64,000 nt of DNA. Origin: Cercozoa sp. M6MM. Its lineage: Eukaryota; Protista; Endomyxa: Ascetosporea. The stretch's first letter is position 1. Every line of letters begins with the position of its first letter. The notes under the pieces were generated by a model. That model was not told the DNA's origin and made no database searches. It was given only the letters and a program-made list of their open reading frames with translations. The position numbers were made by a program, and so were the translations under genes. Where the stretch lies: assembly GCA_040357565.1 (NCBI GenBank), contig JBDODJ010000046.1. One strand, written 5' to 3'. Shown here piece by piece: positions 1 to 12,300 of the stretch.

Positions 1-1612
1 GGGGGGGGGGGTAAAAATGGAAAAAAGATAAAAGGGTAGGGGGTAAAGTGAGTGACAGTCTACAGCAAGTACGCCGACTCTCGCACCGAATACGGCTGGT
101 GTCGGCCGTAAGATCCATCTGCGAGGGGGGGGGTAAAGGGGCTATATGGGAAGAGGCAAAAGCAGCCTACTACGACGCCGCTTGATGATGCCACTCAGCG
201 AATTGCCGTCAACGTATTCCACTAAGGCGATAAGAGGATCAAAGGGGGCAAAAGGGGTCAAGCAGAGGGGGTAAAACTCAACGCACTCACGATCAGTCCG
301 TGCTGATTGCGACCAGCGAATGTGGGAGCTGTCCGGGGGTATAGACGGTGAAAGAGTTAAAGTAGATAAAAGGGAGTTCCAAGGGAGGGCAAGGAGGGGC
401 AGAAGGAGGGAGGGTAAAACCGTAGGCATCGTAGATCTTCATAACGTTGCGATGGTGCACCGTCATTCCGGTGTGCACCTCTTCCTTGAACTTGCGCAAT
501 CGATGCATTGTCGTCAGTCTGCACAAACGCTCCTTTAACTAAACTTCGTCCCCTGGGGTACTACTCAAACGGTACAAAGTGGATTTGATGGCTACACGAC
601 GACCGGTGCGATCTTGCATGCCGCAGATCACGCCTTGCGCGCCTGAGCCGAGGTAGCCGATGGCACTGTCGAATAAAAAGCCTTTAAAAGGTTGTTTAAA
701 GTTGGATACAGAGTAGTTTTAAAAAGCTGGTTAAAGGGTTCAAGTGCAGTCAAAAAAGCTACAGGAGGAAAGGTAAAGCAAGGTGCATACGCGAATGGAG
801 CATTCTGCAGGTGCGGTCCGCGCGTCTGCCACGTTGCTTCCGGGAAGCCTGCTTCCGTGCTGAAAAGGGGGTGAAGTGTCAGTCAGTATCAGGGGAGGGC
901 TTAGAAGAATAAAGGGGGTGTGAAACCACTCGTGCAGCTTGTCGACCAGCGTGAGTCGATGCAGACCCTCGAAAGCTTGCAACTGATTCTGCAGCGGCAA
1001 CGGCACGTGTCGTGGCACTGTCTCTTCGTCGAAGCGCACCAATCCGGGATCTGAACTCACGATATCAGAGCTTTCTGGGGTCTCTGCTTCTGCCGTCAGC
1101 CTTTCTCAGTCAAATCTATACAATTTACCTTGCGAGGTCACATGCTCCTCCAGCATTGCCTCCAGCTCACCATCGTCCTAACGCATCGACGCACATTCTA
1201 TCTAAGATCCGCTCGTAACAAATAAAGATCAGCTCACGACTGCCATTTCTTCCTCGCGGATCGGGTCCACCGCCTAAGAAAAATACCACAATTATACAAT
1301 TTACGACCCTGCCTGGACTGAGACAACTGAATCGAACGAACCATGAGATCATAGTCGGCGCCTTTCAGCAAATGGTCCAGCACGTTGAGTTGTGCTCGCA
1401 GTAACTCATTGGTACTGCCGGAAGCGAGCGTTTCCAGTTGCTGCACCGCCTTCTGCAGCGATTTCTGCGACTTTCGCAGCTTCAGGTGCGCTTCTCGCAC
1501 CGGCTCTGCTCAAGAACCTCGTACAGTACGCAACAGACACAGAATACTCTGGGTACAACAACTTACTAACGGCAGCAAAAACTGTGCCGAGCAAGAGCGA
1601 CACTTTCCACAT
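1..1612 (-). CDS. Ser/Thr protein kinase with hydrophobic signal-peptide-like N-terminus; multi-exon, 3' end runs off the window
   Basis: Spliced exons give MWKVSLLLGTVFAAV..., a coiled-coil stretch, then kinase motifs YLGSGAQGVI (Gly loop), VAIK, FKEEVHTGMTVHHRNVMKIYDAY and IALVEYVDGNSL (hinge). The catalytic loop is outside the window. Confidence 0.8.
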
Positions 1613-1889
1613 TTTGATGTTCACAGTTTCAGTTTATGTGAAGTTATCGGTCTCGCTCAGATTTCACAGAGCGTCACTACTCTTCGCACTAGTTTTGAGT
1701 CAAGGATTCTCCCGTCAGCAAGAAATAACTTCTGCAGTCATGGCAGATACAGCTCGGAAACTAAACGAAGGTGTTCTGAAAGCAGACAAACAAGGCGTCA
1801 CGCCACTGTCACGTCAGGCAAGCTGTCTGGATGCAGTGATCTCTTTTTAACTGACTCACGTACACAGTGGCTGATTAAAGAAGAGTAGA

Positions 1890-4135
1890 CTAAGAGCGAA
1901 GACTTAAATATCGCATCGGTAGCAGCAGCAAGAATCCCAGCAAGCTAAAGACAGCGAAGATCGCTGCGCACGTTGTTTTCAATGCCCGCTGGTCAGGTAA
2001 GTCAGTTGTGGAAACAAAAAGAAAAAGCGTCATACCAAAACTAAAGACGACAGAGCCGGTCCAGTTGAGAATGGCTCCCGACAAGTACGCGCTCAGCAAC
2101 AATGGCACAACTTGTGCACTCACTAGCAGGCCGAAATATCTCGGGAGATTGTTAATCCCGACTGAAATGGATAAAGTCGGAAGTGGTTTAACAGTCTAGT
2201 TGAAAGATAAACTGTACGTACCCCAGTCAGCAATCAGAGGTGCAACCAACACAGAGGCACTAGATGCAATGCCACGCAATGCGGCACACGCGCACTGTGC
2301 CCAAAACAGCGGCAGGTAGGGAACCACGCCTGTGGCGAGTGTCCCCATCAAAGCAGACACCTGCAGACACCGTAGAATTGTTTGATACGCCAGTGTGTTG
2401 AGTCAATAGTTTTGGTCTACGGCATAAAGCGTCACGGGCGACACTCGCGAAGCCAGCAAGCCAACGAACGGTGCAGCGAGAGCATAACTGATGCCGCCAG
2501 ACGCTGGTATGAAAGCAAGCTTTTGAACGCTATGTGTTGGTAACTGCATTTACCAGTTTAAGTTTGACAGTTTCACATGAGAGTTGCAAGAGTAGATGAG
2601 CAGTGTGTACCAGCTGCATGACTGCGCTGACGATAATGTTAGCGGTGCAGCCAGCTGCGAAGGCGGAGAACATTGAGGACGCCAACAAGAGCCAGAACAC
2701 GCGTCTGCCTCGCTTCTCGTGTTCTGTCTCGGCGAGGCGGGCAGCTGATCGCGATTCCGACAGGCGTCGGATTCGAGGTGACATGGCCAACAACCCTGTC
2801 TCGGCATCGAATTCGTCCGAGTTGGTCGACCTGAGAATCACCTTGAAGGATCGCGGGGATAGTGCCGGTGTGGTCTTCGGAGGTGACTGTGACAATTAAG
2901 TGAGTTCGTAGTTCAATACATATCACACACAGCAGCCCTGCTTGGGAGAAAGCATGGACAGCACCAGCATCAACAGCGCCGCGAGAGCGCCAGAAGCACT
3001 GACAAAGGAGGCCTCCTGCAGTGAGGCACTCAGGCCGACCGATTGGATCCGGTGCGCGAGCAGCGGCGTCACTAAAGCACCGACACCGGCGGAGCACGCC
3101 GAGATTCCGTTGGCTCTAATCAATGCCGGGAGTCAAGCAGGTTAAGTTTAACTGTGCTCGAAACTTACATTGCCCTGTGCTTTGTGGTCTCAAAGTGATG
3201 TTGCACCAATGCGATAGGCGGCACCAAGGTGGCTACAGTTCAGTAGACTGATTGCACATTACTTGGAAAGAAAGCTCACTTGACATTCCAGTTCCGACAG
3301 ATGCCAGGAGTGCAAAAAGTTTCCACATCAGCCACTTATCCTGGGCCAAAGGTAGGGAAGCGGGTTCAATACACTGGTCAGTCCAGTTTGAGTGAGAGAC
3401 TTCTCGCACCGATTTTGACGCATCGTTGATCTCAAGAGCGCAGGCGTAGAGAGAGACCGTCGCGAGCACTGCACCGACAAAGACGAGCTTGCGTGTTCCA
3501 ACACGAGGCAGCTGAGCAAGCGCAGCGACAGGCGCGCTCAGGCCAAAGATGAAAGCTCCTGCACTGCCGGCTGCCAGAGTCGCCATGTACAGCGCGGACT
3601 GTGGCGACTGTGACCATGCCAACTTAGTTTCTACTTCTATCGGAAGCAAACTCAGTGTCGGTAAAGTTGCACCTCTTCGTGTAGAGCTAGAGACATCACC
3701 GGCGTGATCGCGAAGACTGCCGACAGCAGCAGTTGCAGCCAAAAGGTCTGCCCGTACAAGTTTCAGCTAAATCAACTGAGAAGGTTGCATGCAAAAGGTC
3801 GAGACTGCTTTACCGACAGAATCACAAGACCACGGCGAACATTGCTGCCGAGAAACCCACAAGGCAGACAGGTGCCTTCCCAAGCGCTGTCGCACTCACG
3901 AGGCGATGTGCGATCTGAGTTCGAACTCGATGGAGGCGAAGGAGAACCGCGCTGGTAAGCATGAAACACATTTAAACTTCGAACTGGCAGTTGTATTCAA
4001 CGAAGGCTGTTTTACTTCATACAAAATCGAGGCAGGGTAGGCTTGTATCGCCGAACTCGTCGATCCATAGCTTGGCACATCTGTCGCTTGCAACAACACC
4101 GGCAGTGCCAACAGAGCAAGCACTACTGATCTCAT
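1890..4135 (-). CDS. MFS-like multi-pass transporter (monocarboxylate-porter-like) with signal-peptide-like N-terminal extension
   Basis: Successive minus-strand exons with many TM segments (AGSAGAFIFGLSAPVAA..RVGTRKLVFVGAVLATVSLY; IRANGISACSAGVGALVTPLL; WLLLASSMFSAFAAG; VVPLLLSAYLSGAIL). Starts MRSVVLALLALPVLLQA. Joining the N-terminal exon to the TM exons is inferred. Confidence 0.55.
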
Positions 4136-4502
4136 CGTCTGTGCCTGTGGCTGTGCCTTGAACCGTGTGCAATTCTCGAGCAACTATTCTTCGGCCGGGT
4201 GGGTTTCGGACATTGACAGTTTCATGCCACCTCCTGGAGAAGTTACCCGACACCTCTGTTTGTTCAGTGACTGTAGAATAGTTTTGTTTGTATTTTCCTC
4301 AAAGCTTTGTTTGGCGTACCGTGTCCCCTACCCCATGAAAGCGCTAGAGCTCTGAGTGGATCTGTAAGTGTTGTGGCTTCCATCATTATTGGGGTGCATA
4401 TCTGCACCTCCCTTGTTTGTATTTTCCTCAAAGCCAACTGACCCCGCCCGAGGTCGACAACCGACCCAGGAACAACCTAGTCTGACTGGCTGGCGTACAG
4501 TA

Positions 4503-5163
4503 ATGCTCTTTGCAGCTCTAAGACTGTCTAGGCAACGAGAGCTTTGTAGAGCAATGTCGGAGAGCTACAAAGGTTTTCGTAAAATCGAAGCCACCGAGCA
4601 GGGTTCGGTCGAGGTTTTGGGTAAAGTTGTTCAACTGGAGATTGAAGAAGATTAGATCGGTTGGGTGTTTCTCTTTGGTTAAGCAGACGATGCAATCGAA
4701 CGAAAGAAAGCGCGCTTAGATGACGCAAAGCTCCATGTGAAAGAACTATCTGATCAACTGTCGCAAATGGAACAACTGCGGAAAACCCAACTTCATGATC
4801 GACGCGAGCGCGAGACCTGCGAACAAGCACAACTGTTCCACAGTATCGTTTGCGGGAACGCTTTAGAGGTTGAGTGCGCTCTGAACTCGTCTTCAATCGG
4901 CGAAGAGCCTTCGGAGGTGGCGAACAAAGTGTGAGTCCGTGCTTTCACAGCCGGAGGTTTTCTTTGGGCATACTGCGATGTACTGTAGATTCACGGCGGG
5001 GCCAGGTCGGGGACTGACGCCTCTCGCTTCAGCTGCATACTGTCCCGTGCCTGAACGTCGAGCACAGGTGGCCCAGGTGCTCACACAAGCAGGCGCGCGT
5101 CCTGGGGCGAAGCTGCCAGACTTTGGCAATGTTTCTGCGACAGACGTGCTGAAGTCGGGTTAA
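4503..5163 (+). CDS. Small ankyrin-repeat-like protein
   Basis: Exons encode QLFHSIVCGNALEVECAL and GLTPLASAAY...VAQVLTQAGA (ankyrin-like). Arg/Leu/Ser-rich N-terminus resembles a mitochondrial presequence. Confidence 0.5.
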
Positions 5164-5270
5164 CTGAAGTCGTCGATGTACTGTACGGGACTGGCACGGC
5201 TCTTTTCGTTGCCTTCGATCACTACAGTACTCACTGCAACTGAACTGAGTCGACTTACTTTCCCCAAAAT

Positions 5271-7007
5271 TTACGACTCAGCACCGCTCGCACCGCCGGA
5301 GGTACTAGTTTCGCTGCCTGCAGTGTTGCCGCGGAGTTTCTCCTTGAACTCCTTCCATTGCGTGGTCTGCATGACTGCCAGGCCAATACCAATGCCTGCA
5401 ACAACCGCCACGCCGATGGAAGCTGCTTTCACCGCAGTCGATTTGTTTGACTTTGTCACATAAATTTACAGTTGATTACAATTAATTAAAAATGAGAAAC
5501 GGGGGTAAGCCAAGAAAGTGAAGTACCTTCAACGCCCGGCGCGCGAAGTGGTACTGTTGTTTTAGGCGTTTCCAGGTTTCCTGCAGCTTGCTTTTTGCTT
5601 TTTCTTTCTGTCGAAGCAGCAGAGGTCAGGGTACTGTATTTGCGACTCGCTACACAGGTACTGACAGAGTCAATCCACCTCTTCTTCCGCGGGGACGTGA
5701 GGAAAGTCGAAACTGTCGCCTTCCATGCTTTCAAGTTGACCTGAACAGTTCGAAGGCACTGTCGACTTTCCAGACAACAAGAAGGTCTCAGTACTGCTGG
5801 AGGTGTCTGGATGTTCGTGTTTTCGCAGAAAGCGTCGCGCTGTCGGAGATGTGCGTGGTGAGATTGACGTGCTCGAGCGCACGAGTGCGGCGATTAGTTC
5901 GTCCTGTCGGTGAACGTGTTTCTCGCTCTGAGCCTGTCGCATTGCCACTCTGTCGACGTCTGCTCTCAGCACGTGCAACTGCGTCTCCATTGCGCGCAGT
6001 CTGAAGGACAGTGATGTGTGCAACTTTAAGAGGTGGTGGCATCAAACCTAGCAGCTGCGTTGATGCACTCGACGCAAACACGGTCGATGGATTCATCCGC
6101 GTGTCGTTGGGCCACCTCGATGGCATGGATTGCCGTGAAAGCACTGCGCAGGTCACGTGCGACGTCTTCCAGTTGCGAACTCTTCAAGCTCGCCGAGGGC
6201 CCGCCTGACTGAGACATAGCCACAGGAACGTCATCCAGCACTTGTTGCATTTCCGAAATCTGCCGACGCAACGCCTGCAGGTTCATTTCCGCTGTGTCCG
6301 TTTCTGATTTCTACAATTAACTTGTGTATTTCATCCATATCACATTGACATGTTAGCAACTTAAGGGGTGCAACCTCTGCTTCTTCTTTCGGCTGTTGCA
6401 CCGCTTCGTCCAAGGCGAACTCGTCCTCCTCTGCTTCTGTGCTTTGCGTTTTTGCCTCAATAGTTGCCTTGGCGAGTGCGTGGAGTGGCGATTGACGGCG
6501 ATGGAGGTCGCGACTAGCAATCAGAAACGTTTGGGCACAGTAAAGCAAGCGAAGCAAAACGAATGGATGGACAGTATACTCGAGAAGCTCTGCTTCGTGT
6601 GGTTCGCTCTCTTCGGCGCTGTGCACATCGCGCGGTCCTGGAGACCTTGATCGCGAAGACATGAAGGAGCTCAGCATGCCTCGTAGAAACGATGGTTGAT
6701 CTACACACTAGCAGGATAGGGGGGAGGGTAAATGAAAGCTGTCTCGGTGTTGGTATAAGTTAAGTTCACCAGTTTCGAGTCCCTCATCAGTCGCTCCAGC
6801 AGGGAGGTTTCTCCCGGGCTCTCCTATATCAAGTGGTTCACTACCGCGAGTGCCAGTGGCAGTTCCCAGCATGTCGATTTCCTCATGTTCTTCGTCTTTT
6901 TCAGATTCCTCGTCACTCGGAAAGTGGACATTTTCAGTTTCAGTCCCGAGATTCAACTCCTCGGCAGCCTCGGGTTGAGGGCCCACTTTTATAGCTAAGT
7001 CAGCCAT
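5271..7007 (-). CDS. Hypothetical coiled-coil protein with single C-terminal TM (tail-anchored-like)
   Basis: ORFs 6708-7007, 6231-6677, 6026-6286, 5670-6023 and 5271-5459 appear joinable through GT-AG introns; most but not all junctions were checked. Acidic N-terminus, heptad-like middle, C-terminal IGVAVVAGIGIGLAVM. Confidence 0.5.
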
Positions 7008-7152
7008 AGTTACTCTGGTGACAGCAAGGAGGTGTCGTTAGGAGTAAACGGAAAGATCGTGGCTAGTTTAGTTTTCTCTCAGTCCCGCGCGTGCTGACCT
7101 CAGTTGAATTGAACCAGAATCTGAGATCCAATCAATGCAACCTGCATGTTCG

Positions 7153-9060
7153 TCACCGCTTCTTCCTTTTCTTAGGGCGACCATCTCGCATCTTTCGTAT
7201 TCGTTTTTGGGCAAGCAAGTTGGATAGACGGCGCTTTCGTTGCACACTGTCTTTCTCGTCTTGGCTCGGGGAGTCCATGTCGGAGTCAGACGAACTGCTA
7301 TCGCTGTCGCTGTCGCTGTCGCTGTAGCTGTCGCTCGTGCTACTGGAATTGTCGCTTGAGTCCGTGCCTGAGGAGGAGAAATCACTGATATCGATTCCGT
7401 CGCCAGTCAAGTCGACGATGACTTGATTCCTCGCCTTTCTCCATGACTTACGGCAAGCGCCTGTTTGCCCATAGACATTTGCCAAGACTGAAAGCCAATG
7501 CAGCAGACAAGAAGGCAGTTTCCTACGGTCTTTATGCGTGATCAAACTTTCAACCGATCGCAGTTGTTTGTCGCACGCGTTGCAGCGCTTGTACAAAAGC
7601 TCGTTCGTGTCGGGCTGGCATCAAACAAGCACTGAAATTACTTCCCATTGCGGGAAGTTGGAAGTGTCAGATACAAAGACAGAGATTCGGCTGGTGTGGC
7701 GACGATGCGCAAACCACGCTTGCATGGCTTCGGGTTTCTTCTTGTGCTTGGCGGCGATCTCTTTGGCTCGCTTCGCGGTCAGAACGCGGTAGTTGGAAAA
7801 CTCGCTCTGCATGCACCGAGAACACACGATTGGGAGCATTGGTAGAATGAAGTGTTTAAAAAAACAGTCCGCACGTTCAGTTCGTAGACGAGCTGCCGAG
7901 AAAACCCAAGTTCTGCAGTCACCTGCTCGATCGATTTCTTTCCGACCTTGTTGGAAGAGACAAAGCGAGGTCGTGACAAAGGAATGTTGGCGGTGGATTC
8001 GCGCCTGCTAACGCTGAAAAAACCAGCTGGCCGACGAGACGCGGGCGTTGGGACACCGTTAGAGCCACTTGTTCTCTCAAAGTCTTGGGTCACATTGTGA
8101 CACGCCACGGCACGCTCTAGAGCAGCGACGCGGCGCGAGAATTCGTCCGTCATTCGAATAACAGCAGTGCGCACCTGCCGTCGCAGGAGCAAGACTTCTC
8201 TCTTCTGGAAGATTTCGACTTGCTTCAAACCTTTGAACAGAAGCTCGCGTGGCGAGTCTGTGCTGTCGAAACGAAAGTCACCTTCTTCTGCCGGTTCCTG
8301 CTTCACAGCGACAGGTGAGTGTGCTTCGCGTTTGATTCTTGCCAGGCTTGCGTTGTTGGCGCACTCGAAGTTAGTAGCGCCCAAAAGCGACGGCCCGCTG
8401 TCTTCGTTGGGTTCCACTTTGATGCGATGCGGGAGACCACATCGGTGAGACAGAATTTCGCACTCGGGTTTATTTTGGCGTGTTGGCGGCGAGAGCATTA
8501 ACTGCGACAGCGAGCTCAGTTTCTTCTTCTTCTTAGAGGCATCGGTTTGTTTCAGTCGGGGTGCGGACTTTTCCTTCTCCAGGGAAGGCATTGGTGGAAT
8601 ACTGCTGCCTGAGCTTGACCCTAACAACAACGAGATTCGTTTCTTTGCACGAGATTGTGTTGGAGCAGCTGCTGAGATGGCAAGACGGCAAATTCAATGA
8701 ACAGTGAGCACAGTCTGACAAGAGAGATATGGTACCTGGAAGTGGCGTCTCAAACAATGCTTTCTGAGACTCGACAAGGTCAGTGTCCTGGGTTTCTGCA
8801 AAGGGGTCGATCAGTTGCCGCTGAAATGGCGAAGAGCTTCGTTTTCTCGCCGATTGCGAGCACAGAGAACCGAGGCTCGAGCCTCGAAGAATCGGTCGCT
8901 TAGCACCCAAACCGTTTGTCTGCGTGCTCCTCCATTGAGTGAAGTCGTTATCTGTGTCTTCTTCCTCATTGTCTGTCGTTTTTCTCTGCTTTCGATCGAA
9001 ATTGTGCTGTGTCAAAGGAATGCCCACCTCCTGCGACAAATCTGAGAGCTCGTCTTCCAT
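7153..9060 (-). CDS. Hypothetical low-complexity nuclear protein
   Basis: Overlapping long ORFs 8533-9060, 7779-8630, 7621-7839 and 7153-7596. Ser/Asp tract, CxxC motif (CNACD), ends in basic NLS-like RPKKRKKR. Confidence 0.5.
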
Positions 9061-9359
9061 GTTCCCCGACTTAGCGCACTCCTAAGTGGTGGCTTGTATC
9101 TGGTCTATAAAAACACAACCCCGGGCGTAAACTACTTTGTTCTTGGTTTTTCCGTTCCGCGCGCAAGGCGATGCCAAATTTAATTGTCGCTATAAATTTT
9201 ATTTTCAGTTTAAATAAAGTATCTTGATCGAACCGTCTCAGAGGGAGAATTAACAGCTTAAGACTGAACTGACTCGGAGTGAGTTTCAATGATGGTATAC
9301 TTCAGGGTTTAAAGGTCAGTACAGTCAGGTGAGAACTAAGTGCGAGAGTTCGAGGTAAA

Positions 9360-12300
9360 TTACAGCTTTTCGAGAATAACAGCTGCGCCGGCAAGAATCC
9401 ACTTTTCGGGTGCGTCCTTGGTCTTCAATCGGCTGCAAGAGAACACTCATTGTTTAGTTTAGACACAGTTGGTCCGTCAATTGTCCTTTGTACCTTTCCA
9501 TGATGAAAGTTGGTCCGCGCTGTTCAGTGCGATACACAGGGCAACCAAAGATGCCACTCGCGTCGAGTCGATCACTTGGCACCGACCGAATATTGACAAC
9601 CGGCAACTCTGTGAGCATCTCACCGTGCACAGCGTCGGAGATGACACCGGCGGAGCTGTCCCAGCTTGCTCCTTGTAGATAGCCCAGTTTGCAATAGACG
9701 CCGTCTCGAGGACGAGATTCGATTTCCTGCGGCTTCTTCTTGGTCACATCAGTCAGAAGCGACAATGAGTCGAGGTCCAAGTTGTTGCGTTGTGCACTCA
9801 CTTGCATCACAGCTGAAAGCAGTTGAATACGTCAGAATTCGACATTCACGTGCATGATGGAGATATAGTACCTGTGAGGAACGACTGCGGTTTGAAGAAC
9901 AGCGACAAGTCCACAACAAGCGGGATGTTTTGCTGCGGGTAAAGGAAGAGTTATTAACTCCAGAAACTGCTAAATGTGAACAAAAGTTACCGGATCATCG
10001 ACCCAAGAACGCAGTTGATTGGCACGCTGCATCAAGTCCTCGATCCACGCACCCAGGGCGCGCAGTGAGGGACACGCGTTCTTTTCCCACTTGGACGGAA
10101 CACGATTCATGAAGATCGAGTGCTGCATCTCCTCCAGCGTCGTTGTCATGGACAGTTTGCCTTGACGCGCGAGCGTGAGATCGCTGCAGTCCTTGCGCAT
10201 GATGTTAACGAGACGGCACATTTGCTCGCACTCTTGGAGGAACACGGTCTGGTACGGGTCACGCTCTGCAGGCACAACACTCTCGATTGTGTCCATGTCA
10301 AAGTCGATGCCTTCGATCGTCTCCTGAATCGACTCTATCATGCGATCGACGCGCGCATTCGTGCTTGTGCTGGCAGCGCCACCCACTGCGGTACCCGAAG
10401 CGTTGAGTGCCAGAATGTACTCAAACACTGTGTTTGCGTACTCCATTTGCAGCTTCAAATCGACGTTCGGATGCAAGCTACATACAAGGGAGAAACCTCA
10501 AGGATTGCAGCTGTCTCTTGACGCAGATGGCATACGTAGTAATTTACCCAAAGTAAATCGGACTCTCGAATCGCAGTTTGGACTCAATGTAGCGGAAGTA
10601 GTCGTCAAAGGGCATGACCGGTGGCGAGTTGAAAGAGTATCCACTCGATGCATCTTGGTCCGACAGGTATGGCGACAGCTCGGCACCGTCAAAGATCTCT
10701 TCCTTTAAGTAATGCTCCATGTAGGTCGTTGCAACAATTCGGTCACGACCATCGGTGATGTGACCACCTATACAAACTCAGTGCAAGATGCCGTATGGCA
10801 GATATTAGCAATCAAAGAAGCTACCCCAGATAATTTCGGAGAAGATGTAACGAAGATCGCGCCATGGGATTGTGTCGCCGCCACTTTCCATGTACTTCGA
10901 CAACACAGCGGCAGCGTCGCGAAGGTCAGCAGCACCGAAAGGATACACTGCATTCCAACCTTGAGCACCAAAACGCTTGCGCTCGATGAAGATGGCATGA
11001 CAGAGAGCGAGCGAGAACAACATTGTCTTCTCCTTTTGCGAACGGAACTCAAAGGCGTCCCGAGAGAACGAGGCGAAAGCGCGGCTCAAGTTGGCCTTCA
11101 GTCCCGAAGGCGGCTCTGACACCAGCACGATACTCTTTTGGAGCAGCGTCGCCGGCATGAGTTTGCTCGGCTCAGCCGACAAAAACAGGCGGAAGTTCTC
11201 GTGCACGTCTTCTTGCCCCTTCAGTTCCTCAATCTCCTTGTCGAGCAAAGCGCACCAGCGAGGCATGAGATGAATGTTCTCGAGTGCGACCCAGTCGCCC
11301 TTCTTGACGGCATCGGCCATCTTGCTGGCTGCGACGGATTCTTGTCCCTGACCCATGCTGATGCGATGAATGTGTACGCTGTTCTCTGAGCCGTGCAGTT
11401 TCTCGGCAGCCGCAGCGAGGGCACTGATTGGATCGGAACCAGGCGTCAGCACCAAGAAGATTGGCACTTCGGGCAAGCTGTCGCGGATAGAGTCGGTGAG
11501 CACGTCATCGAAAGACATGCCGGCGTCCAAGTTGATGTACATCTCGCCGTGAGGAAGGGACTCGGTACAGAAGCGTCTTAAGGCACTTGGCATCTGGTCA
11601 GGACGAAGGCATCGGCAGATCAGCAGCTTTGCGAACAGATCGTCTTCGTCAAGCTTGCGGTACTCGAGGGGAAGCGGCTCATTAAAGGCGTTCGGATGGT
11701 TGTACCACTCCTCGAATCGCTTTGTGGACGACTTCATATCCTTAATCAACTTCTCAAACCCAGACAGCTCCGAGAGTTTCATTGCAGCATTGTAGCAACC
11801 GACAGGAAGCCAAGGGAACGGGGACTCTTGGTTGAACTTGCGCGGCGCGCGCAGCAAGAAGTCGAATCGTGCTTCGTCAAAGCCAGGCAAGGCGCCTCCT
11901 CGCATCAGCGTGAACAGCATCTGAGCCGCCAGGATAAGCTTGTGATCGGCAAAACATCCGCGGGCCACCCAACGGAAGATGGTGAGTCGAAGAGACAGAC
12001 ACAGATTTTGCACCCGTTGGGGTGTCTTTTCCGCCACCTCGGCTTCACGGATTGACTTGTAGAAGTACCGAATGAACTCTTCGAGCGAATAACGGTACAT
12101 GTACGACACTTGATACAGCTCTGTGAGCAGAAAGTAGAGCTGCGAGGCCTCGAAGGCAACCGACGAGTACTGATTGCGGAGATTGTTGATTTCGATTTCC
12201 TTGACCTTGGCTTCGCTGACGCGCTTTTCGATTTCCACCGCGGTTTTCTTCGTGTGCTCCAGACCTTCAACCAAAGCCACGTCGCTCAGAATATCTTCTG

